Assembly: GCF_006345805.1 (NCBI RefSeq)
Contig: NC_043005.1
Span: 60,512,001 to 60,576,000, forward strand
Source of the DNA: Octopus sinensis
Taxonomy: Eukaryota
Direction: 5' to 3'
Length of the DNA: 64,000 bases
Of the stretch, positions 1 through 12,077 are shown one piece after another. How positions within the stretch are numbered: the stretch's first letter is position 1; the number at the start of each line of letters is the position of its first letter. Position numbers and translations under genes: made by a program. Below the pieces are notes generated by a model. It made no database searches, was not told the DNA's origin, and saw nothing but the letters and a program-made list of their open reading frames with translations.

Positions 1-146
1 CTGGCACTTTAGTTATTGATTTCAAAGCGATAAAAGATATGGTTGACCCCCAGGTGAAAATTGAACTCCAAACGCAGATAGACGGGATAAATAGCAACAA
101 GCATCGTAACCGATGTTCTAGTAACTCTGCCAAATCAGCCACTTAG
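1..146 (-). mobile_element. Degraded SINE fragment (main SINE family of this window)
   Basis: Reverse complement resembles the head shared by copies at 5870, 6478, 26862 and 41194 (GGC..GAGCTGGCAGAA..GTTAGCA..GAAATGCTT..GAGTTCAAATT..GTCGAC). Confidence 0.55.
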
Positions 147-237
147 ATACTTCTAGCTAACAGCGATTATCGTGTTCGAATTTAATCAAGTTACGGAAAG
201 TTTACACTTAACCAAGGCCGTGTAAGCTTTTGTTTTC

Positions 238-566
238 CTCTCTAGTTTCAGCTCAGAGCTGCAGCCACGCTGATGCACCGCCGTTTTGCTACACAATTGT
301 TACTGAGAGCCAACTCTAATATGTGGCACTTGGTGAAGAATGTAGTTTGATGTAGCTACCCTCATTTGCACCTCTTGCCGCGAGGTAGGTTCATTTGGAA
401 CTCTCGACAGGAAGAGGTCCAGCTTTGATCTAAAAGCCCCTACATCTACTTTGTGCAGGTTCCTCAGGCTCTTTGGGAGAATATTAAAAAGCTGTGGGCC
501 CCTGAAACCCAGGCTGTTGCAATAACTGGTCCTGAAGCGCGATGGGGTTGCTGGGTTCTTTGGCAT
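238..566 (-). mobile_element. 3' end of a CR1/L2-group LINE (ORF2 C-terminus plus 3' tail)
   Basis: ORF 300..566 reads SLGFRGPQLFNILPKSLRN..FRSKLDLFLSRVPNEP, a typical CR1-group ORF2 C-terminus. It is followed by the tail GGCGGTGCATCAGCGTGGCTGCAGCTCTGAGCTGAAACTAGA. Confidence 0.7.
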
Positions 567-611
567 TATAATTTAATTATGTTCGTGTTAAGCTTATGCA
601 TGTAGCAATGA

Positions 612-3600
612 AATACTTTATATTTGCTAAGTTTTTGGTAGGTCTTGACAGATACGTTTATATCGATTGGGACAGTCATATCAATGAGGAGGCATGTTCT
701 TTGTCTGAAGACTTTCAATATGATGTCTGGCCTATTTGCATCTATCCTTCTGTCAATTCGAATGGTGAAGTTCCAGAGGAGTGAGATGTGGTTATTTTCA
801 AGCACTGGAGGTGGATTGTGTTCCCACCAGTTTTTTTTCATGGGGCAAATTCATGTTTTTGCAAATTACCCAGTGAATATATTGTGCAGCTCTATCATGC
901 CTGTTGAGGTACTCTGTAGGCGCTAGAAGACTGCATTTGGAGACAACATGATCAATGGTTTCATTTTGTTGTCGGCATACACGACATGTTGGGCTACTGC
1001 CGTTCTTTAATATGTTGGCCTGGTAGTTTCTCGTTGGTAGGCCTTGATCTTGAGCTGCTATGATAAAGCCCTCTGTTTCAGATTTTAAGCCAGATGCCAT
1101 TAGCCATTGATGGGTCAGGGCTTTGTCAATATCTGCATTATTCGCTCTCTTTGGGTATTTGCCATAGAGATTTTCTTGCCATTTATTATTCAGAATATCT
1201 ATGGCGCAGTTTTGGCACGGGTTTTCATGCGCCTAGCTTTTCTGTGCTTGTTTCTTGTATGTCTATCTCTAATTCCGAAATTGGTTGTATTCGGAATTCA
1301 CTTAGATATTCCTTTGCCTGTTTTGTTACTGAGTATGATGCTTTCTTGTTTTCATGTTTTGAGACAAGTTTTAACATCCAGTCCTCAGACTTATTCAGGT
1401 AGGTGTCTAGGCTACTTGTTGCAATCGTCATTGTTATTGCCAGTTGCAAAAGACCACGGCCTCCCTCTTTTCTTGGCAGATAAAGTCGTTCTGTATCTGC
1501 CTTAGGGTGGTGCATTCTATGCATTGTCAACAGTTTTCTTATTTTTCTGTCGAGCTGACATATTTCAGTAATTGACCAGTTAACAGTATTGAAACTGTAA
1601 GTCACGACTGGTATGGCTAATGCATTGATCGCTTCGATCCTGTTTCTTGCATTCAGCTCTGTCTTGAGTATTGCTTTCACTCTTCGATAGCATTCTCTCC
1701 TGATCATTTCCATCATCTCTGAATGCCTTAATCCGTTCCCTTCAATTACCCCTAGGTACTTGTAGCTCTCCGCTGGGTCTAGTTCTTTTATGACATTCTG
1801 CTGGTCAAGGTTAACGTTACATGTTTCTGTCATTTTTCCTTTGATAAAGGTAGCTTTTGCACATTTATCGAGGCCGAATTGCATTCTGATGTCGTCACTA
1901 AATTGTTGACTATCGCTAGTACGAGCCTTGAGTTGTTGGTCATTTTTTACAAAGAGCTTAAATCATTCATGTAAATGAGATGATTTATATATTTATCAAA
2001 CATTTTATACCCGTACTGCGCGTCATGAGCAGTTTTGAGTGAGGTATTAAGGCAAAACAAAAGAGGAGTGGTGACAGTGAGTCACCCTGGAAAATGCCAC
2101 ACGAAATTTTTACATCACCAGCATTTAGGATTCATTGTCACTGTTCAGAGATGTGTTCGTTGGTCTCCATGATCTCATACTTACAGTCAAAAAGTTTCGC
2201 AGAGTAGGTGCTATCTTATACATTTCCAGGCATTTCCTAATCCAGCTATGTGGTAGGCTATCAAAAGCCTTTTTATAGTCTATCCAGGCTATTGATAAGT
2301 TTATGTGTCGTTTGTGACAATCTTCTAAGATCATCTTATTGATGAGTAGTTGATCTTTACAGCCGTAGAATCCACGTTTACATCCTTTCTGTTCATTAGG
2401 GAATATGCTTCTGTCTGTTAGAAAACTATAAGTATATTCCGTCAGGACAGATGTTAGCGTTTTGTACATTGTTGTTAAGCAGGCTATGGGTCTATAGTTT
2501 TTTGGTTCATTTGTTTCTTCACTTTTTGGAAGCAGGAATGTTAACCCATTAACTAGCCAAGGAGGCATCCTACTAGGGTGTTGCAAAACATCATTGTACA
2601 GTTCTGTTAGCAGTTCATGGCTCTCTGGGAAGGCATTCAGCCAGAAGTTAGGAATTTTATCCTTTCCTGGAGACTTCCATTGTTGCTTGACCTCCTGAGA
2701 GCAGATCTTATTCTTCTACCATGACACCCTCCCACTTTGCTCTTCTAAGGGGTCCAGTTCTGTCGATATTCTGTCAATCCAGGGGGCCTTTTCGTTGTGT
2801 GTTTTTCTTCAGCACAAATTTATTCCAAAATCCCTGCACTTCTTCTTTTGATGGTACAGACCTTGCAGTAACGCTGTTTTTCCTATCTTCCTGTAAAAAT
2901 TCTTGGGGTTATTTTGAACATGTTGTTGTCCTTGAAAAATCTAACACGCTTTTCATACCTCGCTATGCGGCAGCTTGCAGCTTTGGAGATACTTTTGTTT
3001 GATGGTTTTCTGGTTGCATCAATATCAAGTATAGTTTTCATATTGTATTTTTTCAGCATTTCTGGGTTTTTGTAGGTTTGGTAGTCTTGTGAGCCTTAAG
3101 GTTTTTCAAATATTCAATGTCAGATCTAAATAGTTTAATTCGTTGTTGCAGACGCTCTTGCCAAGAAGGCTTTTTGTGGGAATGTTGCCGTTTTCTAATC
3201 TTTACACCACATAGGATCGTTGAGATTTTCGCGGATGCATAGTATAGGTGGTTGAGAGTTGTGATATCAACATCATTAGCTGAAATTATATCCCTAAGTG
3301 CAAGCCGGATTTTACCAATTATTTTCATATTTTGGTTAGAGTTGCGGATTTTAGGGATTGTATCACGTTCATCCATGCTGGTTTCTTTAATTTTCAACCA
3401 TTCAATCATGATTTGATTTTTAGCTCATGTAGTTCTGTTGGGTCAATATTGTTGTGACTTTCTTATCTATTGATGTTCATCTGTCTTCGTGTTTATGATT
3501 GTTCAGGGAGTATTTCACTTTGCCTATCACTTATACTAACTCTTTCAATCCTTACTTCGTTTTTATCAGCCCTGGGCTGGTCTATAATTATTTCCTCTGT

Positions 3601-4040
3601 ATGATCTTCTCTAGCTGCAGCTTCGTTCATTTTATCCGATATTGCTTGTCTAACTTGATCAATCTCTACTTCAGTCAGTAATTTTTTTTATAATGTTTCT
3701 TCTGACGTTGACAAGTTTGTTACTGTCTATGTAGGGTCTTACTTCAGGGTGTTTCTGTCTCCAGTTTAAGTATGTTTGTACAGTGTTAGATTTATCTGTG
3801 AGGAAATATATGGCATGGTAGAAGGCCTCAAGAACTTCTTATTATCTTCCCTAGACCATGTTTCCTTTGCGGTTTATTGTTGATTTGTTGAATTTGAATA
3901 GTCATGCGAGCTGCCATTTATTAAATTAATTAGGAGATGGAATCTGTCAGTTGTACGGTTCTCTACACGTAAGGCATTGCTCGTTAGCGCATATTTTAAG
4001 GCTAGCAGATCGTTTCGTCTGTATTTTTTGTTGATAGTTT
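612..4040 (-). mobile_element. Near full-length, frameshifted R4/Dong-clade (RLE) non-LTR retrotransposon
   Basis: Consecutive minus-strand fragments: N-terminal WSREDN..EAFY motif (~3860); RT motifs NYRPIACLTTMYK, DYKKAFDS, GIFQGDSLSPL, QFGLDKCA, YKYLG; CCHC finger CRVCRQQNETIDHVVSKC; RLE motif ANRPDII..LIDMTVP..KLSKYK. Homology breaks just after KYK. Confidence 0.9.
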
Positions 4041-5006
4041 TATCTTCCGAACTTTTTTCCCTTCTCTTCCTTTTTTCCCTATTTTCTCTGTCTCCTTCTT
4101 CCCCATTTTTCCTTCCTTCATTTCACTTCCTCTTTTAAAACTTATAAAAGTTTCCCTTCTCCTGTATTAGTTCGGAATAATGGAATAGATAACGGAGAGG
4201 ACAAGAGAGAAAAGAAAAAAAGGGATCTGTCAGTTATTATTGTTAATACTATCACCTTCACCACCATCCCCATTATCATCATCATCAACATCACCATCAT
4301 CATCATCAGTGACATTGTTTTATGTGTAGTCACAGCCACCATTAACACCACTACTGCCATTGTGTGGGGGAATGGTTGGTTAAAGAGGTCATGTTCTATG
4401 GGTCTATAAATAGATTCAGCAGATGGTGGAGACAAAGGACGTTAATGGTCAGTAAAAGGTCAAACCTGTTTACATTTATTATTTTTTTCCTTTCTCTTTT
4501 CTTCCTTTCCACATGCATATGTATATGTATATGTATATGTATACTCACACACACATATTATCTGATGTTTACGTCGATGATTTTTTTTTTAATTTCTGAA
4601 TTCAATGTTATGTATATATTTTTTAAATTTCTGAATTCAGTTGTATGTATATATTAGCAGGTGCTTAATTCCATAATTTTTTATCGTGCATTTAATTGTG
4701 CTGTTACAATAAAAGGCAATTTAAAAGGCAATTTTACACATTCTTATAGTCATGAGAGACGACTAAATGTAAATGTTCACACAGAATTGGAAATATTTGT
4801 TTCTAATTTTTCTTGTTACGTGTACGTTTGTAAGAGCTGTAGATATGTAAGTTCCTTAACTTATTTTGAGGGAAATTCAAATTACTCACAGAAAACAGTA
4901 GATCTTCCAGTTTTCTACAGTTGTTTTTTTCAGTTGTCCTGCTGGGTTCGCTGTTGCCAGTTCAGAGCATCGGAAAAATACGTCCATCCTCTGTCATGTC
5001 CAGCCG

Positions 5007-5068
<62 letters not shown>
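5007..5068. repeat. (TTA)n microsatellite, tail/target of the adjacent Dong element
   Basis: Pure TTA run directly abutting the 3' UTR of the element at 5069-5812. Confidence 0.95.
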
Positions 5069-5069
<1 letters not shown>

Positions 5070-5812
5070 GTCATTTATACTCACAAGAGATTTGGAATCT
5101 GCATGTTTGATGCAATCACTTGCCGGGGCACACCCAGCGCCCTAGGACAAGTGAAGGTTAAGAGATGTTGAAATATAGCTGAAAGCTTGGGGAGGGGAAG
5201 TAGGGAAATATCTCCATGTAATACAAACACAAACATTTACATTGATAGGGTTTTTCTAAGGATGTGGGCAGTACTTATTAGCACAATCTTTTGGATTTCC
5301 TTGAGACATGGTTCTCCAGGGATATTGTCTAGGTGTTTCTGACATCCCTTTTTTATCATACCTAGGGCACCTACAATAACAGGAACAGTTTTTGTTTTAA
5401 GATTCCACATCTTTTGTATTTCGATTTCCAGGTCCTTATATTTACTAAGTTTGTCAAATTCCTTTACGTATATATTTTTATCAGTGGGGACGCTTATCTC
5501 TATTAGTCTGCAGGTATTTTCTTCCCTGTCTTTAACAATTATGTCTGGTCGATTAGCCTTGATCGTTCTGTCAGTGTTGACTGGAAAATCCCAGAGGATG
5601 GTGACATTTTTACCTTCAACAACTGGCTGAGGATGGTGTTCATACCAGTTAGCAGGAGTGACGAATTTGTAGTGTTTACATATCTTCCAATGTATATACT
5701 GTCCTACCCTATCGTGGCGATTTTTGTATTCGTTTGGTGTCAGCACAGGACATCCCGAAACGAGATGGTCCATTGTTTCGTCATCCCGAAACGAGATGGT
5801 ATATTGTTTCGT
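5069..5812 (-). mobile_element. 5'-truncated R4/Dong element (partial CCHC finger, RLE domain, 3' UTR) within (TAA)n
   Basis: ETMDHLVSGCPVL..RHDRVGQYIHW..ILWDFPVNTDRTIKANRPDIIV..KLSKYKDL..VPVIVGALG..QKIVLISTAHILRK. TTA tracts lie on both sides. Confidence 0.92.
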
Positions 5813-5829
5813 CATTATTATTATTATTA

Positions 5830-5869
<40 letters not shown>

Positions 5870-6082
5870 GCAGCGAGCTGGTACAGTCGTTATCACGCTG
5901 GGCAAAATGCTTATTGGTATTTTGTCCGTCGCTACTTTCTGAGTTGAAATTCCGCTGTAGTCAACTTTACCTTTCATTCTTTCCGGGTCGATTAAATAAG
6001 TACCAGTTACGCACTGGGGTCAATGTAATCGAATCAATCTCTTCCTCCTAATGTGAGGCCTTGTGCTTCCAGTAGGAAGGAG
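5870..6082 (+). mobile_element. SINE, full length, ending in (TTA)n
   Basis: GCGAGCTGG..GGGCAAAATGCTT..GAGTTGAAATTCCGC..GGGTCGATTAAATAAGTACCAG..CTGGGGTCAATGTAATCGA; family repeated many times in the window. Confidence 0.85.
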
Positions 6083-6095
6083 TATTATTATTATG

Positions 6096-6148
<53 letters not shown>

Positions 6149-6179
6149 CGTAATCATCATCATCATTATCATTTATTGT

Positions 6180-6213
6180 CTTTGCACAGCTTCTAACACC
6201 GAAGATGTACTAT
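6180..6213 (-). mobile_element. Tiny 3' terminal stub of a Dong-type element
   Basis: Reverse complement TAGTACATCTTCGGTGTTAGAAGCTGTGCAAAG matches the terminus of the Dong element at 27872-27904. Confidence 0.7.
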
Positions 6214-6405
6214 GGTAGAATTGTTTGCGCATTGGACGAAGCGGTATTTTTCCCGTTGCTACGTTCTCAGCTCAAATTTCGCCGAGGTTGATTTTGTCTT
6301 TTATCATTTCGGGGTCGAGAAAATAATTACCAGTTGCATACTGGTGTCGATCTAATCAACTGACTCCCTCCCACAAAATTCCAGGCCTTTATGCCTACAG
6401 TAGAA
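6214..6405 (+). mobile_element. SINE copy ending in (TTA)n/(TAG)n
   Basis: Same family body as 5870-6082. Confidence 0.8.
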
Positions 6406-6428
6406 ATTATTATTATTATTATTATTAT

Positions 6429-6475
<47 letters not shown>

Positions 6476-6477
6476 TT

Positions 6478-6689
6478 AAGGTGGTGTTCTAGCAGAATCG
6501 TTAGCGCGATGGACGAAATGCTTAGCGGTATTTCGCCCGTTGCTACATTCTGAATTGAAATTCCGCGGAGGTCGATTTTGGCTGTCATCGTTTCAAGTCG
6601 ATAACTTAAGTACCAGAGAAAAACTGGGGTCGATGTAATCGACTAGTCTTCTCCCCAAAATTGGTGGACCTGTGGAAAAATTTGAAACC
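6478..6689 (+). mobile_element. SINE copy
   Basis: Same family; contains GCAGAATCGTTAGC..GAAATGCTTAGCGGTATTTCG..CTGGGGTCGATGTAATCGACT. Confidence 0.85.
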
Positions 6690-6699
6690 ATTATTATTA

Positions 6700-6730
<31 letters not shown>

Positions 6731-6753
6731 TATTATTAATATTATTATTATTA

Positions 6754-6799
<46 letters not shown>

Positions 6800-6894
6800 C
6801 ATTATTATTATTAATATTATTATTATTATCATTATTATTATTATTATTATTATCATTATTATTATTATTATCATTATTATTATCATTATTATTA

Positions 6895-6946
<52 letters not shown>
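6690..6946. repeat. Long (TTA)/(TCA) microsatellite
   Basis: Direct inspection; source of the poly-I/L/N ORFs. Confidence 0.95.
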
Positions 6947-6947
<1 letters not shown>

Positions 6948-6999
6948 CAATATAAGTGATTATACTTTTGTATAATCACTTATATTTTCAGAAATTTAG

Positions 7000-8057
7000 A
7001 TTCCGTATGTCTTGTGTGTGAACTGTAGCAGTAACGCTGACTGAAAGAATTCTGTGATGTGCTATCGGAATGTTTGTGACAGTAGGATTGTTTCTGTCAA
7101 TGTAGTAAGAGATGGCTATCCAATAGAAACAATGAAAATATTATATGTAATCAAATGCATTTCCGTTTTGATAGTTCACTGCAAGGCAATCCTGTCGAAA
7201 ATATATTTGAGGATTTGTCAAGTGCATTCGTGTTTATAAATTGTTTTCTGATATATTTGAACATTCGCTGATATCGAGAAACAATAGAGAATTATTTTTA
7301 TTGCACGATGTTATTTAAATTTCTCTATTTTTGCTACAGATTTGTTAGATATTGAATCTTATATATTGATACTTGATAGTTTCACCATTTGTACCGAATA
7401 CAAATATTTGACTAACTATTTTTGTCACTTTTAAGCGAAGCTAGTATTACGATTATTTTGGAGACTTTTCTCACTCAAATAATAGCTAAATATATGTACG
7501 TATTTTACCATTTGTCTCTCTTTTTGCGACGCAAATTATTTTCAATAACATTTCCTTTTCTTTTTGATTGCATAACACATTTAAACCATAAACCGGGTGC
7601 ATTTATTGCTCATGTTAGTCCGAATGTGATATATATCCGATAGAGCGATACAGAATCTAGATAGATAATTCTGATTTTGAAGCAGGGAATCTTGCCAAAG
7701 TGGGAAACTGCATTATCGCTTAAATAGATTTTCAATACAGATTTGCTAAATCATCCATCATTATGAGAAAGGATGGTTTGCCAAGTGCTCTTGATATCTG
7801 ATTCTTTCTGAACACTTACTCAGTAAGGTAAATTTGTCATCAGAATTTGACAATTTTTATGCTTAGTGAGCAAATACACCAGTACTATCAACGGGATAAT
7901 GGCCTCATTTTTCTTCTTAAAGTGATAATTGTTTTCCTTAACAACGGCAAGTTATAAAAATGGACAACAGAGCGAAAGTTGTGTGCAATAAATATCGCCC
8001 AACTGGATGTTATTGATATTGGTGATTAATATATGCAACGCTAATCCTTCTAATTAC
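7000..8057 (-). pseudogene. Channel exon remnant: repeat IV S2-S3 loop through S6/C-linker (3' end approximate)
   Basis: Acceptor TTTACAG at 8058; VIRRISVAYINHQYQ*HPVGRYLLHTTFALLSIF resembles the CNG S2-S3 loop (F.VAY.N..HP...HYL.TNF.LD). Later IYLDSVSLY..ITFG and VKYVHIF..LQNNR after frameshifts. Confidence 0.6.
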
Positions 8058-8466
8058 CTGTAAATAGCTAATATCACTTTGTGACAAGAAGCGAATTTCT
8101 CAATTTAGATTTTACTTTAAAACCGATGTGGGTTATTTCTTTAATAAATTCGATAATACCTGTAGGTACAACTTTAGAAGCGCTTTCTGTTCTGTAAATA
8201 CACTTTATGGAGAGAAGCTCTACACTAAATACTCACAAGAGATTTGGAATTTATAAGCACTACTCTATTTCCGCGTGGAAATTTCTATGTTTGCATATAT
8301 ATTATTCAAGACCGAGGTACATTCTGGTATGTATACAGAAGGATATACGAAATTTTACAGAAACTTAGAGTGAGGATACTTTCGAGAGTGTTGAAGTCGA
8401 AACATATAGTAGTTTTTTTTTTACGGTAAATTCTACTTTGAAAATTCGGATTTCAGTAATTCTTAC

Positions 8467-8611
8467 TTGGGAATATTCAAATGCTTCACACGTATAAACT
8501 GTGAATCTAAATAAATAAAATATTTCGTTTTCAACTACATTATGCAAATGAATGTATCAAGTTCGAACAGACATTTTCGCAAGTTTGTTTATTGAATGCT
8601 CTTGGTATATA
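8467..8611 (-). pseudogene. Channel exon remnant: repeat IV S1-S2
   Basis: CAG acceptor and GTAAG donor; ends FTVYTCEAFEYSQ in phase 0, matching the next exon; one in-frame TGA. Confidence 0.55.
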
Positions 8612-8919
8612 CTGTCGACAAATAGATTGTTACTACATGTCGATTTGGCATTGCATGCTTACAAATCAATTTTAAATTATAGAGTTCTCCGTGACATGTA
8701 AAATACATATTTCAAGACAATAAAAATCCTCGTAACGAGTCTGAGGTACAAAATGCTATGCATAACGGCTATGAAAATGTGTCATTATTTAGAGCAATTG
8801 GTATAAATTTCTATGAATCGGTTACAAAAGTTAGGTGTCTCATGTTTACTTTAAAACGAAATTCGGAAAAGCATTTCTTTACTTAAGGAATGATTGTACT
8901 CCATGTTGTATCTGCTCAC

Positions 8920-9134
8920 CCGCAGCCTTGTGGCAGTAGCCATTGTAAACAATTCCAAATTATCATATCTTTAGAATAACTTCTCTGATAAGTTCTGTTT
9001 TTTTTTTTTTTTTGCAGTCTTCGATTCCAATTTGTTCCAAAAATACCAGCATCGTAGTACTCTTTTGCTCTGCAGGACGTACAGGTGCCTTATGGAAATT
9101 CTCTTCATCGAGACCAAACCATTAAAATGGTCCT
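8920..9134 (-). pseudogene. Channel exon remnant: CNBD III beta-roll and start of repeat IV
   Basis: GACAG acceptor and GTGAG donor; GPF*WFGLDEENFHKAPVRPAEQKSTTMLVFLEQIGIEDC resembles G.FG..PR.A...T.L..L. A poly-A run interrupts it, then SKDMIIWNCLQWLL. Confidence 0.55.
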
Positions 9135-9159
9135 CTGTCAATATTGATATAACATACGT

Positions 9160-9532
9160 CGGCCAGCTGGTAGTAACCTTAGCACGCCGGCCAAAATGCT
9201 TAATGGCCTTTCGTACGTCTTTACGGTCTGAGTAAAAAATTAACCGAGTCGACTTTGCCGTTCATCCTCTCGATGTAATCGACTTACCCGGCGTCCTGGT
9301 GTCAAAATCTCAAACCAACATTAAGAGAGTATAAGACGGCAAGATGTGAAAATAGTACGTCGGGCCATTTCATGCGTGTTTACGCTTTGAGTTCAAATTC
9401 CCTCGAGGCTGACTCTACCTTTCATATGTCGGAGTAGATAAAATATGTACCAGTGGAATACTGGGGTCGATGTAATCGACTCACCCATTCGCTCGAACTT
9501 GCTGGTTTTGTGTTAAAATTTGAAATCAATAT
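9160..9532 (+). mobile_element. Two adjacent degraded SINE copies (about 9160-9320 and 9335-9532)
   Basis: Both show GAGT(T)CAAATT..GTCGACTTTGCC and GATGTAATCGACT family motifs. Confidence 0.75.
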
Positions 9533-9905
9533 CAAGACAGCATAAAAACCAGACACATAAAATACCATAAATACTGATGTTTCCCAGTCTATTGTCTTTT
9601 ACAGCATCTAATTTCTGATGCTTCTATATATCAAGTCTCAATATGTGCAGAGCTAGAGCACTCAGAAAATAACACGGTATCTTAAAGTAGAAAGGACAAA
9701 CTGTGAGAGTTATATAGTTTCATAAATTTTACGACAATGTAGGCACAGGTTTCTTAATGCATGAACGTTATTTTAATAATCAGATTGTTCTGAAGTGGCA
9801 GGTCTTCTGGCAACAACATTTATTTAATGTTTCTCATTCACATTGTAGATTTTCTGAAGGTATAAATGCAAAAAATATAAATATAGAAATATATCCTCGT
9901 AAATT

Positions 9906-10122
<217 letters not shown>

Positions 10123-10839
10123 AAATATAATTAAATGTATAGTAGATAGATAGGTACATAGTTAGATAGATATGGGGATCATTTTATGTTTTGTGTGTGT
10201 GTGTATGTATATAGGTGAATATTGTGATGTCTGAAAATCTACTAAAATTATAGTGTATACCACTAGAGTTCAGAAACATAGGATTGTCAACTCACCAGTA
10301 AAGTAAGTAAAACATTCTGATATCATAACCGTTTCAAAATATTACCGTAACGATAATGATTTATAGGTAGTCTCACGGGGGAGAATTATAGAAACAAGTC
10401 ATGAGATCTCAATGCAAATGGAAAATAATCCAATTAATCATTCTTTTCCTGCCCACAAAAATTTTATATTTAAAAGCATACTTTTTTACATTTGTCTATA
10501 GATAGAATATCGTTTACCTCTACTCATCACAAATATTCATTCTTGACTCTACTACTAGATGAAATGTAATCGAAATGTTATAGAAGATGATATCTCACAG
10601 CTCTACTTGATATGGTCTATATTATTGACTTTGGAAGCTTGAGTTTCTATGCAGCGAAATTTTAACTCAGAATGTAGTATATTGGGCCTCAAAGCTGCGA
10701 GGCATTTTGTCTAGCTCACACGCCTGCCTTTTTACCAGGATCAAACTAGAGGTGAGATACAGAACACAGTAAATTTTACCAACATATAAAGATTCGTGGC
10801 ATTTTTGACACTAAATAAAATACTCAGTATTCATTAAAA

Positions 10840-11700
10840 TACGAGGTCTTATCAATAAGTATCCGGACTGCTGCTATAGGAACGAAGTTAAAACAAGCAG
10901 AGTAAAGCCGTTTGACAAAAATTGACCTTGATCCCCCTTTTTTGTGTGTATTAAGTTTTAATGTTCTAGCTCACTACCACTGTTTACAGCATTGCTTGGA
11001 AGGAGAGTGTGTAGCGTGTGATCGTCGCACTGACCATGACACAGAAAATTGTCATGGTGATACCTGCTCAGAATCATATACAAAGTTGCAGAAAGTGTAT
11101 GAAGAGGGGTATATGAGCTCACACAAGTGTACGAGTGTTTCAGACGTTTTTAAGATGGCCGAAAAATTGTCGATATTGACGAACGTTCTGGGATATCTAC
11201 AACCAGCAGAACCGAGAAAAACATCGCAGATATGCGTGCAACTAAGAGGGGAAATCGTCGAATCACCAACTATGAGTTATCAGAGTATGTGCAGATTAAT
11301 TACTATTCAGTTCAGTCCAATATCACGTGTCTGCCAAATTTGTACCAAAGCCGCTTTGAGTTGTCCAAGAAGACACTCGGGTATCAGGTGCAAAAGACCT
11401 CTTCGATCGTGTCGAGAACCAAATTAAACTTTTTGAAAGCTTTGCGTAGGCATCTGAGCAGGTATCACCAAGCTTTTGGCAACATTTGATGCAAATTCTC
11501 CGCTCAACTTTCTCTGTCATGATCAATGCGACGATCATACGCTACACGCCTTCCTTCTAAACACTGTTGTAAACATCAGAAGTGAGCTAGAACGTTAAAA
11601 CGTACTGTTCATGCACAGCAGTATTAAAGCAGCTTTACTCTGAGTGCTTTAGCTTCGTTACTATGACACCAGTCCGAGTACTTATTGATCAGACCCCGTA
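10840..11700. mobile_element. Mariner-derived non-autonomous fold-back element built from two 5' ends
   Basis: TA-flanked TIRs TACGAGGTCTTATCAATAAGT / ACTTATTGATCAGACCCCGTA. Both arms carry the transposase start (MTEKVERRICIKCCQKLGDTCSDAYAKL on minus; MTQK..GDTCSESYTKLQKVY on plus). Confidence 0.85.
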
Positions 11701-11871
11701 TTACTAACTACTCAGCGCAATACCATTCAGAATCTTTACCATCACTACAGTTACGCTATATGAGGAAATTTTTTTTCGGAAATGATAGTTTTCCTTATAT
11801 ACCACCAATAAAATAGATATGAATTCTTCTAATTTTCGTAGTTTTGAAGTATAAAAATATATACAACTTAC

Positions 11872-12077
11872 TCCGAACGTTGTATATGGAATCTTGTAAC
11901 TTGTTGCATGAATCTTCTTCTGAAAATATTTTGCATCAGTTAACACTCGCTTAAAACAACGGAAGACGTTTTTCTTAGCAGATACGGACTGATAAACCTT
12001 CATTACTACATGGTTAAAAAGTATATTTTTCAACTCTACTTCATCCACTTGTTTATCCTCCATAAATCAGATGAATC
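11872..12077 (-). pseudogene. Channel exon remnant: C-linker/CNBD III start
   Basis: TTTCTACAG acceptor and GTAAGT donor; EVELKNILFNHVVMKV..NVFRCFKRVLTDAKYFQKKI..PYTTFG fits C-linker to CNBD beta1-beta2; one TGA near the start. Confidence 0.6.

Noticed and set aside
5237-5977. 246-aa ORF as a novel chimeric gene
   Set aside because: Chance in-frame fusion of antisense SINE, (AAT)n and the Dong endonuclease fragment.
5870-6689. CRISPR-like or regular repeat-spacer array
   Set aside because: Units are divergent ~210-bp SINEs separated by microsatellites in a eukaryotic context; no cas genes.
6593-6979. Poly-Ile/Leu/Asn ORFs resembling membrane or low-complexity proteins (also 43876-44320)
   Set aside because: Trinucleotide microsatellites.
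8237-8323. Extra AG..GT segment as a channel exon
   Set aside because: The flanking exons (8467 and 8057) already join in phase and continue the S2 motif without it; it has stops in the plausible frames.
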